Shown here piece by piece: positions 1-8,009 of a DNA stretch of 34,085 nucleotides; the first letter of the stretch is position 1; each line of letters opens with the position of its first letter. The DNA is taken from positions 1 through 34,085 of IMG/VR virus record IMGVR_UViG_3300024187_000017. The stretch is one strand, 5' to 3'. Below the pieces are notes generated by a model. That model ran no database searches, was not told the origin of the DNA, and saw nothing but the letters and a program-made list of their open reading frames with translations. Origin of the DNA: a virus. Taxonomy: Duplodnaviria > Caudoviricetes. The position numbers and the translations under genes are program-made.

Positions 1-366
1 CTTCGCGCTGGACCCCTCTTTCGGGTCGTACTTATACCCGCATCGGGGACACGCGAACAGGCGCTTGATTTTGCCCATCATCCCATCCCCGGATCCGGGA
101 TTCATGGATCCGTACTTTGCTCCGATCGCGATTGCAAGTCCGTGGGTCAGCGCCAGCAGACAGGTGGTCGCACCCACCTCCCACAACGGTTTCCGAAGGA
201 AGCAGAGCAGCAGAATCCCCGCAATCACCCCCACTAGCAGCACGATCAGCGCGTTGGTGAAGTGCCCGGCGCGAATGGTTTCGACCAGGCCCTGGGACGA
301 AGAGCCCGGCGTCACCGTGGCCGTCGCCGTAACAGCGACGCTCGAAGGCTTCTCCTGCTCTGCCAT
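1..366 (-). CDS. Membrane protein, 2 predicted TM segments, C-terminal CPRCG motif; runs off the window edge (possible holin-like)
   Basis: Manual translation from ATG 366: MAEQEKPSS...NALIVLLVGVIAGILLLCFLRKPLWEVGATTCLLALTHGLAIAIGAKYG...FACPRCGYKYD, open to base 1; co-oriented with the operon; absent from the ORF track because there is no stop. Confidence 0.6.
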   Translation of the reverse strand, partial: MAEQEKPSSVAVTATATVTPGSSSQGLVETIRAGHFTNALIVLLVGVIAGILLLCFLRKPLWEVGATTCLLALTHGLAIAIGAKYGSMNPGSGDGMMGKIKRLFACPRCGYKYDPKEGSSAK

Positions 367-373
367 GTTTCGT

Positions 374-622
374 CTACTGAGCCGGAGCTGCCGGCGGAAC
401 CTTCGCGGCCGTCGCCGCTTCAATCAGCCCGTCCAACGCAGCGTTGAACGTGGCCGCCGCCGCGTCTTGCGCCTGTTGATCCGAAGCCACCAGGGCCTTG
501 GCAGCGTCGGCTTTGGCTTGCGCCGCATCGGCGGCCGTTTGATCGGTTGCTGTTTGGGTGACGGATTTCTGATAGTCCGATCCCGTGGTTTCTACTTGCG
601 TAATTGCCTCAGACAGTTTCAT
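374..622 (-). CDS. Ala/Gln-rich coiled-coil hypothetical protein (82 aa)
   Basis: ATG 622 preceded by AAAGGAGAG; MKLSEAITQVE...AADAAQAKADAAKA...; the longer ORF-track start overlaps the previous gene. Confidence 0.7.
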   Translation of the reverse strand: MKLSEAITQVETTGSDYQKSVTQTATDQTAADAAQAKADAAKALVASDQQAQDAAAATFNAALDGLIEAATAAKVPPAAPAQ

Positions 623-638
623 CCGAGAGACTCTCCTT

Positions 639-1079
639 TCAAGAATTGGATTTGGGCACGCCGGACCCGCCGGCCGGCGGAGGCGGAAGGGGCCTAGCCA
701 GTGGGGGATACTGCTGCGTCCCCTGGAGAGCCTCCGCCGCCCGTGCAGACTCCCGCGCTTCCCTGGCCGCTCTCTCCGCCCGCGCCGCGTCTTGATTGGC
801 CGCGACCCACTTGCCAAACGCCTCCTGAAGCTCCGGAGGTATCGAAGACGGTGACCCTTCCGGCAAAGCAGGGGGATTCTCTGCCGGAGAAGCTACCGTT
901 AATCGGATATGGGACTTCTCCGCATTCGCGAGAAGCACCTGAATCAGCGAGTAGACCCACTTCCACCAGACGGAACTGAGAGCCGTTGGAGCGGGCATCG
1001 TAGCAGCCGCCTGAGTCAGAAGCCACATAGCAATCATTCCCCCCGCCGGAGAATTCAGCCACTGCAATACGCCGCGCAT
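639..1079 (-). CDS. Putative holin-like membrane protein with charged, Pro-rich C-tail
   Basis: ATG 1079 directly after the tad1 stop; hydrophobic N-terminus GGMIAMWLLTQAAATMPAP...SVWWKWVYSLIQVLLAN; located in the lysis region. Confidence 0.5.
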   Translation of the reverse strand: MRGVLQWLNSPAGGMIAMWLLTQAAATMPAPTALSSVWWKWVYSLIQVLLANAEKSHIRLTVASPAENPPALPEGSPSSIPPELQEAFGKWVAANQDAARAERAAREARESARAAEALQGTQQYPPLARPLPPPPAGGSGVPKSNS

Positions 1080-1081
1080 GG

Positions 1082-1396
1082 CTATTTTTGGTTCGTTCCT
1101 TCGACGCCGCGCTTGACCCGAGCCACAGTGCGACGCTGCAACCACATCAGGGCTTCTTCGCAGTGCGTCAATGCAATTGCGTTCTCGCGACAAGAGAACG
1201 GGCCGGACTGGAACGAGCGCAGTCGATCGATAACAATCGCCAGCAAAACCTCTTGCGTGATGCCGTTCAGCCCAAACTCCTTGATCGGCCCATTCTGGAA
1301 ACTGATCCGCACGAAATTTGGCTTCGTGTCGCCCATCCCCCCATCCGGCGTTGGCCAGTCGATGTGGTACTCATGATTCGCGCCTGTGGTACTCAT
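1082..1396 (-). CDS. tad1: Tad1 (Thoeris anti-defence 1) family nucleotide-signal sponge, N-terminally truncated by a duplication
   Basis: GANHEY..ISFQNGP..GITQEVLLAIVIDRLRSFQSGPFSCRENAIALTHCEEALMWLQRRTVARVKRGVEGTNQK closely matches the Tad1 pattern as I recall it (GGAxHEY, [44 protein letters not shown]). Confidence 0.85.
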   Translation of the reverse strand: MSTTGANHEYHIDWPTPDGGMGDTKPNFVRISFQNGPIKEFGLNGITQEVLLAIVIDRLRSFQSGPFSCRENAIALTHCEEALMWLQRRTVARVKRGVEGTNQK

Positions 1397-1406
1397 GATT
1401 CGCGCC
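1363..1406. repeat. Perfect 22-bp tandem duplication TGTGGTACTCATGATTCGCGCC x2 inside tad1
   Basis: Units at 1363-1384 and 1385-1406 are identical. Confidence 0.95.
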
Positions 1407-1496
1407 GCCTTGTCCGGGCTCGTCTATGACGCCAATTGGGACTTGGTTTTGCGGAAGATCTCCCGCAACAACATGGTCCGTAATATTTCTTCTCAT
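1371..1496 (-). pseudogene. tad1: Frameshifted 5' part of tad1 (41-aa fragment)
   Basis: GAGGTG RBS then ATG 1496: MRRNITDHVVAGDLPQNQVPIGVIDEPGQGGANHEYHRRES*; deleting one 22-bp unit fuses it to 1082 as a 130-aa ORF. Confidence 0.8.
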
Positions 1497-1501
1497 CTAC
1501 T

Positions 1502-1636
1502 TCACCTCTTCTCCCTTTCGATGCCCCAGGAAATCTGCAACTCTGCACCGCACAACGGACAGTTACAAGGTTCTTTTGTGGGTATCTCCACCGTGTGCTT
1601 ACAGCTAAAACAGTCGAGCTTGAAGCGCTCCGTCAT
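1502..1636 (-). CDS. Small zinc-ribbon protein (44 aa)
   Basis: MTERFKLDCFSCKHTVEIPTKEPCNCPLCGAELQISWGIEREKR*; ATGA overlap with the upstream stop; shorter than anything in the ORF track. Confidence 0.7.
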   Translation of the reverse strand: MTERFKLDCFSCKHTVEIPTKEPCNCPLCGAELQISWGIEREKR

Positions 1637-1890
1637 TTTGCAGTCGGAGCTACGATCGCCGCCGCTGGTTTGAAGATTCCGAGGCTATTCGCCAACCCCA
1701 CAATCCTGGTGACCACAGACGTGATCAGCGGAATCAGCTTCACAGCATCGGCGTAGCTATCCGTGATGATCCCTAAAATGAAATCGAGTTTCGCCTTTCC
1801 TTGACCGGGAAGTGGCGCAAACTCCTCAGCGGCCTGAACGGCTTTGATCAGCGCCGGAATCAATTGCAAGATGGATACGAGAGTTCCCAT
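1633..1890 (-). CDS. Putative holin-like amphipathic membrane protein (85 aa)
   Basis: AAGGAGAAG upstream of ATG 1890; LIKAVQAAEE..PGQGKAKLDF pattern reminiscent of LL-H-type holins; hydrophobic helices. Confidence 0.5.
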   Translation of the reverse strand: MGTLVSILQLIPALIKAVQAAEEFAPLPGQGKAKLDFILGIITDSYADAVKLIPLITSVVTRIVGLANSLGIFKPAAAIVAPTAK

Positions 1891-1895
1891 TTCTT

Positions 1896-2183
1896 CTAAA
1901 CTTCTCCTTTCGAATTCGGTACCGGCTCCGCGGTGACACACTGAACATCCGGCAGTGGCTGCTGCTTCAGCGCCGCCGCAATCGCGCCGCGGAGAGCTTC
2001 GGCAAAAGTCGGCTCTTCCGCTTCAGCATGAAGGCGAGATTCCCGGTGGAAGAGATGCGCCCACCACACGCCATCCGGGCTATGGTCACAGTCCGTCAGA
2101 TGCCATCCTGCTTGAAACAGTTCCTGGTACAGTCGGAGCGCTGAATCGGCGGAGGTGTCAGTAGGGCCGGTAATGCCTTCCAT
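1896..2183 (-). CDS. Hypothetical protein (95 aa)
   Basis: GAGGGA upstream of ATG; fills the gap in the operon. Confidence 0.6.
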   Translation of the reverse strand: MEGITGPTDTSADSALRLYQELFQAGWHLTDCDHSPDGVWWAHLFHRESRLHAEAEEPTFAEALRGAIAAALKQQPLPDVQCVTAEPVPNSKGEV

Positions 2184-2191
2184 TTATTCCC

Positions 2192-2530
2192 TCAGTGCGA
2201 GATTCCCCACCCCGCCATGATTCCGGCCGCCGCGAGAACTGCCGCAACACCGATGATGCTCCGCAGTCGCGCCCGCGCCTTCTTGTCGTGCTCGATCTGA
2301 AGCTCCAAGAGCATCTTTTGCCGGACCAGTTGTTCTCGATCCTCCGGAGAGAGCGGCTCATCGGCAAGCCGCATCACGATTAGGCCCAGTTCGTAATTCA
2401 GGGACTCCTGGCGGGAGAGCTGCACCGAAACTGGAGCTGGGGACTGCACAATCACAGGGCGCCGCGCTGCGCATCCGCCCATCAGGCACAGAACCGCCAG
2501 CAAGACCACGAAAACAGAGGATCGGCTCAT
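2192..2530 (-). CDS. Lipoprotein with C-terminal TM helix (spanin candidate)
   Basis: MSRSSVFVVLLAVLCLMGG-C lipobox; C-terminal IIGVAAVLAAAGIMAGWG; ATGA overlap with the upstream gene. Confidence 0.6.
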   Translation of the reverse strand: MSRSSVFVVLLAVLCLMGGCAARRPVIVQSPAPVSVQLSRQESLNYELGLIVMRLADEPLSPEDREQLVRQKMLLELQIEHDKKARARLRSIIGVAAVLAAAGIMAGWGISH

Positions 2531-3252
2531 TTCACGACCACTACCCGCTCAGGAAACAGCAGATTCCACAACACCCTCACAGCGGCCGGAACAAGAGATT
2601 GCGCGAGTCCCTTCCAGAAGCTGCGCTTCGTTGGCTTCAGGGACGCTTCCACATACTCCATGCTCTTCTCCGCGTGCGCCGTCCCGCCGTCGATATGCTT
2701 TGCTGCGCTTGCGAGGCTCTTGGTTGCTTCCGGAATTGAGGGGTCCGCCAACAACACCCCTGCTGCTTGGAGCGTCCCAGAAGCAGCGGAAAGCGTCTCG
2801 TGGCCGTCCTTCTGCAAACTTTCGAGGGACACTTTGAGTTGCGCAAGGTCCGCGGTCAGCGCCGGAAGCGTCCCGTCGTTCACCTGTTGATCCGCCCGCT
2901 CGATCAGGCCGTTTGCCGCCCGCAAGGTTTTGACCGATTCGGCCGAGAGATCCTGGAAGTACTTCCGCTGCTCCGAAGCTGCAAGTCTTGCAACGTTGCT
3001 GGTCCGTCCGAGTTGCGCTGTTACCGTGTTCACGTTGCGCAGTGTCCGCGCGATTCCGGCTCGTGGATCCGCCAATTCCTTGGTCACCGTCTCCAGATGC
3101 TCCGAGGCCAAGGCTGCGTGATAGGTCGAGACTTTGAGGTTCCAGAGGATATTTCGAGTCGAATCGAGAAGATCCGCTGGAACCTCGAATGTCGCGATAC
3201 GCCAGGCCAGCGCCAGAAACAACACGCCCAGGCCGAGGCTCCAAGGCTTCAC
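2527..3252 (-). CDS. N-anchored long alpha-helical protein (i-spanin or MCE-helix-like)
   Basis: N-terminal hydrophobic SLGLGVLFLALAW, ~180 aa heptad-like helical region, amphipathic C-end. Confidence 0.55.
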   Translation of the reverse strand: MKPWSLGLGVLFLALAWRIATFEVPADLLDSTRNILWNLKVSTYHAALASEHLETVTKELADPRAGIARTLRNVNTVTAQLGRTSNVARLAASEQRKYFQDLSAESVKTLRAANGLIERADQQVNDGTLPALTADLAQLKVSLESLQKDGHETLSAASGTLQAAGVLLADPSIPEATKSLASAAKHIDGGTAHAEKSMEYVEASLKPTKRSFWKGLAQSLVPAAVRVLWNLLFPERVVVVK

Positions 3253-3443
3253 GCGAGCGAGAATTCCCCCGTCTCACCCGCTCCGACTGGGAGCAACCGA
3301 AACTGACGCCCCGGAGTAACATTCCTGAGCCGCTGGACCTCCGCATCGCCGCGCGCCTGGTCGTGAGTCGAAGAATTCGGTAATCCGATCCATCCCCTCC
3401 GACCCCACTGATCCACGCCGTGCACTTGGATGACGTACCGCAT
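3249..3443 (-). CDS. Hypothetical protein (64 aa)
   Basis: Tightly packed with both neighbours (GTGA overlap downstream). Confidence 0.55.
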   Translation of the reverse strand: MRYVIQVHGVDQWGRRGWIGLPNSSTHDQARGDAEVQRLRNVTPGRQFRLLPVGAGETGEFSLA

Positions 3444-3445
3444 GG

Positions 3446-3841
3446 TTACAGGCTCAATGCGACGTGGTCAATTCCCGGATCTCCCGGCGTGAACGGGTCG
3501 GTATCCGGAACGATGGTGGGCGTCCCTTCGGTGTAATCCGTCGCTTGCGGAGGCGGAGGCGGAGGAGCCATCACGAAGTCCTGCGTCTTGGTTGGCAAGG
3601 GCGTCCCATCGGCAGAGGTTCCCGCAAACGTCACGGTCGCCGTCCCGCCCGGGTAACTTCCATCCGCCGCCTTGCGGAATCTGAGGACGAAGCCATTGGC
3701 CCCGGCCGGAGCAATGAATGCCACCGTGTAGGGCGCGATGGTCGCCACGAGAGATGCGGGGCGCGGGGAGCCGTCGCCAGCCTGGGCGCTCAACGAGACA
3801 CCGAGGTATTTTCCGTTATCGAGATTGATCGTTGGAAACAT
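3446..3841 (-). CDS. Beta-rich (Ig-like) hypothetical protein with poly-Pro linker
   Basis: AAAGGAGAAG upstream; MFPTINLDNG...GTATVTFAGT...APPPPPPQATD. Confidence 0.65.
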   Translation of the reverse strand: MFPTINLDNGKYLGVSLSAQAGDGSPRPASLVATIAPYTVAFIAPAGANGFVLRFRKAADGSYPGGTATVTFAGTSADGTPLPTKTQDFVMAPPPPPPQATDYTEGTPTIVPDTDPFTPGDPGIDHVALSL

Positions 3842-3876
3842 GATGATGCTTACTTCTCCTTTTACTTCTGAACGTC

Positions 3877-5106
3877 TTAATGGACTCCGGAAAGCTGCTC
3901 GAAACTGAAGACGACTTCCCCCACGCCGCCGCCGCGGTTTGAGACGATGCACGCCGCATCCGTGGGGGAGATCGAAGTTCCTGAAGCTGTCGTGAATTGC
4001 TGATGCCAGTTCATCTTGTCCTGGGAGACATATTGAAACCAGTGGCCGGAACCGTCATCCACTAACTTGAACCACAGCAAGTCTGGAATATCCGTAGCGC
4101 TTGCGTTAGAGCCAAAGTACGTCGAGGAAGCCGCCCCCGTTCCTCCCAATGCCCCCAGCGATCCACCCGAAGTCCAGGCCCACAGCGGGTAATTGAGCTG
4201 CCACGCTCCGATATAAAAGGCGTAGGTAAATCTAACGTCTTTCGTCGGAGCCGTGGAGTCCCACCAGCCCCCACCGAAACTCTGATTCGAGGTCACCACA
4301 TTGATTCCCGGCTTCATGCCCCAAATCACGGTATACGGAGCCGAATTAGCCAAGGGGGTCTTCAGCTTGACTCCGTAATCGGTGGAACCTGATCCCGCCG
4401 CATCCGCCCACAGGTTGAGAATTCCTCCGGTGTTCGCGTAGTTGGAATGGGAGTCCCACTGATTTCGGGACCAGTACATCTGCGTTACGGTGTCGCTGCT
4501 CGAATGGGAGGCCGCGGTCGTTCCGCCGTCTCCCCGCGCGATCGTCCAGGTAGTGGTGCTCGCCGCCGTGACCTTGATCTGCTCCGTTCCGACAGTCACG
4601 TAAAACGGCGTCGAGGGCATCGAAGTAAACTGCGCGGAGACGGTCATGGTCGTGACGGAGTCGTTGATCCCGCTCGCCAGTGTGGTGGTCTGACCCTCCA
4701 CAATCACCGGAGTGCCAGGAAATCCAAACACCCTCCCGTTCCACGTCGATCCGTCGTACACAAAGGAATACGGGGAGTCGGAGCAGAAATACACATCCCC
4801 GGCCGAATGTCCCGATCCGGAGGTGGGACGGGACGCGAACGTTCCGGTGGTAACGCTGCTTCCCGCGCTGGGCGTCTGCCACGAGGCCGCGCTTGAACTG
4901 CTTGCAGTGAGAGTCTTCCCATTCGCCGGAATTCCGGAGATCGCCACCCCGTTGACCTTCGCCACCGTGGGGCCGGGATAGCTTCCCGAAAGATCTCCGC
5001 TGGCGCTTCCTGACGGGCTTCCTCCTCCTCCACTGGGCGGGAAGTACTGCCCAAAACTCAATCCACAGCCCACAAGAAACAGGACAATCATCAATCTCAG
5101 GTTCAT
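3877..5106 (-). CDS. Tail/head fibre-like multidomain protein with N-terminal signal peptide and C-terminal lectin-like domain
   Basis: GDLSGSYPGPTV fibre motif; TGTFASRP..GDVYF..YDGSTW; TTLASGIND...GTEQIKVT...RG..GTTAASH phage tail module; Trp-rich beta C-domain; AAGGAGA RBS. Confidence 0.7.
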   Translation of the reverse strand: MNLRLMIVLFLVGCGLSFGQYFPPSGGGGSPSGSASGDLSGSYPGPTVAKVNGVAISGIPANGKTLTASSSSAASWQTPSAGSSVTTGTFASRPTSGSGHSAGDVYFCSDSPYSFVYDGSTWNGRVFGFPGTPVIVEGQTTTLASGINDSVTTMTVSAQFTSMPSTPFYVTVGTEQIKVTAASTTTWTIARGDGGTTAASHSSSDTVTQMYWSRNQWDSHSNYANTGGILNLWADAAGSGSTDYGVKLKTPLANSAPYTVIWGMKPGINVVTSNQSFGGGWWDSTAPTKDVRFTYAFYIGAWQLNYPLWAWTSGGSLGALGGTGAASSTYFGSNASATDIPDLLWFKLVDDGSGHWFQYVSQDKMNWHQQFTTASGTSISPTDAACIVSNRGGGVGEVVFSFEQLSGVH

Positions 5107-5120
5107 TTAGAGTCTCCTTC

Positions 5121-5810
5121 TCAAAACACGAAATTCCGCACGCCATCGTCTGGCATTTCCGTCCCGTCAAGCACACACGAGAGCGGACGTCCAAACCGAA
5201 GCGTCGCGGTTAAAGTCGCCCCACGCGCCGAAGTGGCCTTAATTCCGGGATCTGGGAGGGTAGCCCGAAGAAATGCTCCTCTTCGACTTTCTGCATGGGC
5301 TCCGGTTACCGGTGTAGCCAGCAGAACCGCGCCGCGCCGCGAAGCAAACCGGCCAATCGCAGGGCTAGCAAGTAAAACCGCTCCCCGGAAAGACTGCGCC
5401 GGGTTGTTCGTTACCCTCGACGGCCTGGCAATCAGAACCGCCCCGCGAGCAGACCGGGCGCTTGCGTGCTCCTCAATCACCACCCGGCCAGCAAGCTGGG
5501 TAATGCGAAGATTCGCCGCAACCGTGGCCTCCGTGACCGCCCGGCCCGCAAGTTGCGTGATCCGGAGGTTCGCTGGCGGAGACGCTTCCGTGACCACCCG
5601 GCCCGCGAGCTGGGTGATGCGCAGGTCCGCGGCAGTTGATTCCTCGTCCACCACCCGGCCCGCGAGCTGGGTGATGCGCAGGTCCGCGGCTGTCGATTCC
5701 TCGTCCACCACCCGGCCGGCCAGTTGCGTGATCCGGAGGTTGGCGTCGAGCGCCTCCTCAATCACGACTCGCCCGGCAAGCTGAGTAATGCGAACGTTCG
5801 CAGCAGGCAT
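5121..5810 (-). CDS. Tandem-repeat protein (putative virion/tail component)
   Basis: 6 x 19-aa AxLRITQLAGRVVxE repeats followed by 5 x SxRGAxLxA repeats. Confidence 0.75.
   Translation of the reverse strand: MPAANVRITQLAGRVVIEEALDANLRITQLAGRVVDEESTAADLRITQLAGRVVDEESTAADLRITQLAGRVVTEASPPANLRITQLAGRAVTEATVAANLRITQLAGRVVIEEHASARSARGAVLIARPSRVTNNPAQSFRGAVLLASPAIGRFASRRGAVLLATPVTGAHAESRRGAFLRATLPDPGIKATSARGATLTATLRFGRPLSCVLDGTEMPDDGVRNFVF
5465..5802 (-). repeat. 57-bp coding tandem repeat, 6 units
   Basis: Recurring CACCCGGCC..C.AG.TG.GT.AT.CG units on the + strand; two central units nearly identical. Confidence 0.85.
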
Positions 5811-5815
5811 CTACA

Positions 5816-6814
5816 CTACGCCGTGATTTTGGCTCCGCACTCGATTGCGTTAATTCCCGTGGGTGTCCATTCGACACCGGTGTCCGGATCGGTAATCAAA
5901 ATCATGGCCGGCACTCCGTCTTTCGTCGTTGAACCATAGCCCGTCACCGTGGGGATATCCGCTCCGTTGTAGTGGTCGGTGGTTCCGCTTCTCACCAGAA
6001 GCTGGTCCGTCTTGCCGCCGGCGTCGTCTTCTTTTTGAACCGCGGTTACGATCAACCCGAGGATATGGGCGATTCCGCTGGTCGGGATGTGATCCATGGT
6101 GCAGGAAAACTTGTGGCCCACCGTCTGGTCGAAGACGTAACTCGTGTCGTCATTGGCCGGCTTCTCGTTGATTCGGGAGTAGAGATTCCCTCCCGAATCC
6201 GGAGCCCAATCGGTGTAGGTCCCATCGGCCGTGGGATAGATCGGCCGCACTTTCAATCGTCCTGCAGGGAGGGAGTTTCCAATACTTCCGCTCGCGTCGA
6301 GGATGACCAGGTTCGCGAAACGTCGTCCTCCCGAGTTGTTGCCGCTCCAGACCGCCTTTCCAATGTTCGTAGATCCGGTGTTCGTGGCCACGTCCAGTAA
6401 CGTCGTTCCGTCTGCTTTGACCGTGATGTGTCCGCTAGTCCCCGTGCCGATCAACAGCCGGACCTGGATGTGCTGCCACGAGCCCGACAACAGCCCCGGG
6501 TAGTTCGTCCCGTTGATGACGAAATTCCCGCCCGTTCCCCCGCCGCCAATAGTGAGGATCGGCGAGCCCGCGGCAGTCTGGAACTGGAACCACGTCTCGG
6601 TTCGCGACCCCGACTGGAAGAAATCGAAGATGGCCATGTACTCCCCCGCCGCAGTTAACGGCAGCGGAAGGGAGCTGTCAGTGGACATATCGAAGTACTT
6701 GCCGGTTCCATCCGGCCCGGGTGTTCCAATTCCAGTGATCGAGCCGGCGCTGTAGTAGCGGGTGATCTGCGCGGCCGAAAATTCATCCGGCGAGTCTGCG
6801 AAAACCAGAGCCAT
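5816..6814 (-). CDS. Putative tail-associated protein with concanavalin A/LamG-like domain (332 aa)
   Basis: Real start MALVFADS (TAATG overlap at 6814); WQHIQVRL..GHITVKADG lectin-like strands; C-terminal TDPDTGVEWT..GINAIECG seen in phage tail-region proteins. Confidence 0.65.
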   Translation of the reverse strand: MALVFADSPDEFSAAQITRYYSAGSITGIGTPGPDGTGKYFDMSTDSSLPLPLTAAGEYMAIFDFFQSGSRTETWFQFQTAAGSPILTIGGGGTGGNFVINGTNYPGLLSGSWQHIQVRLLIGTGTSGHITVKADGTTLLDVATNTGSTNIGKAVWSGNNSGGRRFANLVILDASGSIGNSLPAGRLKVRPIYPTADGTYTDWAPDSGGNLYSRINEKPANDDTSYVFDQTVGHKFSCTMDHIPTSGIAHILGLIVTAVQKEDDAGGKTDQLLVRSGTTDHYNGADIPTVTGYGSTTKDGVPAMILITDPDTGVEWTPTGINAIECGAKITA

Positions 6815-7611
6815 TAAGAGAACTCCTGAACGTATTGATCGGTCAGTTTTCCAGCGGCAATTAGAAGCGGATCGCCGGGGTTGATATATCGCGGAGCGTC
6901 GAGAAGGAACCACACGTGGGGATTTCCCGAGCCGTCGTCTTCCAGGATTCCAACAATTACTTCGGTCGTTCCGGGGCCGGCCGAGCCGAAATCGAAATCC
7001 ACCAGGTTCTTGATGGAACTTCCTGAGGGCGAGTCCCAGACGGTGTTGTCGTTGTTTTTTACCAGAGCCGTGGGGAACAGGACCGAGAATCCGAATGTGC
7101 TTCTCGCGCTCGCATCTCCCACAGTGGTAATCACGAAGTAGGAGCTGTCCGCCGTAACGGTGTAGGTGGAGACGCCGCGTTCGTGTTCCAGGAGCTTGAT
7201 GGCCTGGAAGCTGAATTCGGTGTCTCTCATCCCGTGATCGACATTGCCGGCGGGAATCTTCAATGGATCTCCCGCGATCAGTGCGGCTGCAGTGGTAAAT
7301 CGACACCAGTTGCGCGGATTACCACTGCCGTCGAGTTCCACGAGCCCGTTCACCGTCTCGGTCACCGCGGCCGTTCCGAAATCCAACTCCACGATGTTGG
7401 TCAGATCCCTTCCGGATGCCGTACCCCACACCAGAGCGTCGTTGTCGATCGCCAGCGTCGAAGGGAAGGCTGTCGAGAGCACAAAGCTCCCCAACCCCGA
7501 ACTGTCCCCTTCGGTCTTGTAGGGTCTCCAGTGACTGGTGGCGATGTGCGGGTCCGCCCCGCCTCTGCGGAGCCACTCGAACATCGTCTGGATGTGCGCC
7601 TGAAAAATCAT
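6814..7611 (-). CDS. Minor tail protein with internally duplicated domain
   Basis: Two copies of FP..L..xND..VW...SG....N.V..DFG.A...DGSGNP..W....I..GDPL.I.AG. Confidence 0.7.
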   Translation of the reverse strand: MIFQAHIQTMFEWLRRGGADPHIATSHWRPYKTEGDSSGLGSFVLSTAFPSTLAIDNDALVWGTASGRDLTNIVELDFGTAAVTETVNGLVELDGSGNPRNWCRFTTAAALIAGDPLKIPAGNVDHGMRDTEFSFQAIKLLEHERGVSTYTVTADSSYFVITTVGDASARSTFGFSVLFPTALVKNNDNTVWDSPSGSSIKNLVDFDFGSAGPGTTEVIVGILEDDGSGNPHVWFLLDAPRYINPGDPLLIAAGKLTDQYVQEFS

Positions 7612-7649
7612 GTTCGTGAGCCAAAAACTCTATGAGCTTCTACAGAACT

Positions 7650-8006
7650 CTATGGGTCTACCTGTGCGGCCAGCCGAAATATGGCATCGCTCGCGCCGGG
7701 ATTCGAGACAAAAATACCGGTGACGCTCGCGCTGAACGGATTCGAGGCCGGCAGATTGAAGAACGGCTGCGGGCCGCTGGGGTGCTGCCCCTCCACGGAC
7801 CATTGCGTCACCTTTTTCCCGGGGAGTGAGATCGTATCGGTGGGCCCGGAGCCTCCCGGGTTGTTCGTGTACAGGGTCACGTTCTGGTCCGTGTAGAGCG
7901 AAAACGCTACCAGCTTCGACAGGTCGAACGAAAAGGTCAGCGGGTGGTTAACCGCGCCGGCCGGAATGGTTGCAGTGACGCCTATGTTGGGTTGCGTGAC
8001 GGGCAT
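7650..8006 (-). CDS. Small beta-rich putative virion protein (118 aa)
   Basis: Position in tail module; beta-strand composition. Confidence 0.65.
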   Translation of the reverse strand: MPVTQPNIGVTATIPAGAVNHPLTFSFDLSKLVAFSLYTDQNVTLYTNNPGGSGPTDTISLPGKKVTQWSVEGQHPSGPQPFFNLPASNPFSASVTGIFVSNPGASDAIFRLAAQVDP

Positions 8007-8009
8007 GCC

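Noticed and set aside
1363-1406. 22-bp repeat as an att site or mini-CRISPR
   Set aside because: Copies are directly adjacent with no spacer and lie within a coding motif; no integrase in the window
1-3443. Endolysin in the lysis block
   Set aside because: No amidase, muramidase or peptidase motifs recognised; it may lie beyond the left edge
5465-5802. 57-bp repeats as a CRISPR array
   Set aside because: Units are contiguous, in-frame and vary at synonymous positions; no unique spacers or cas genes
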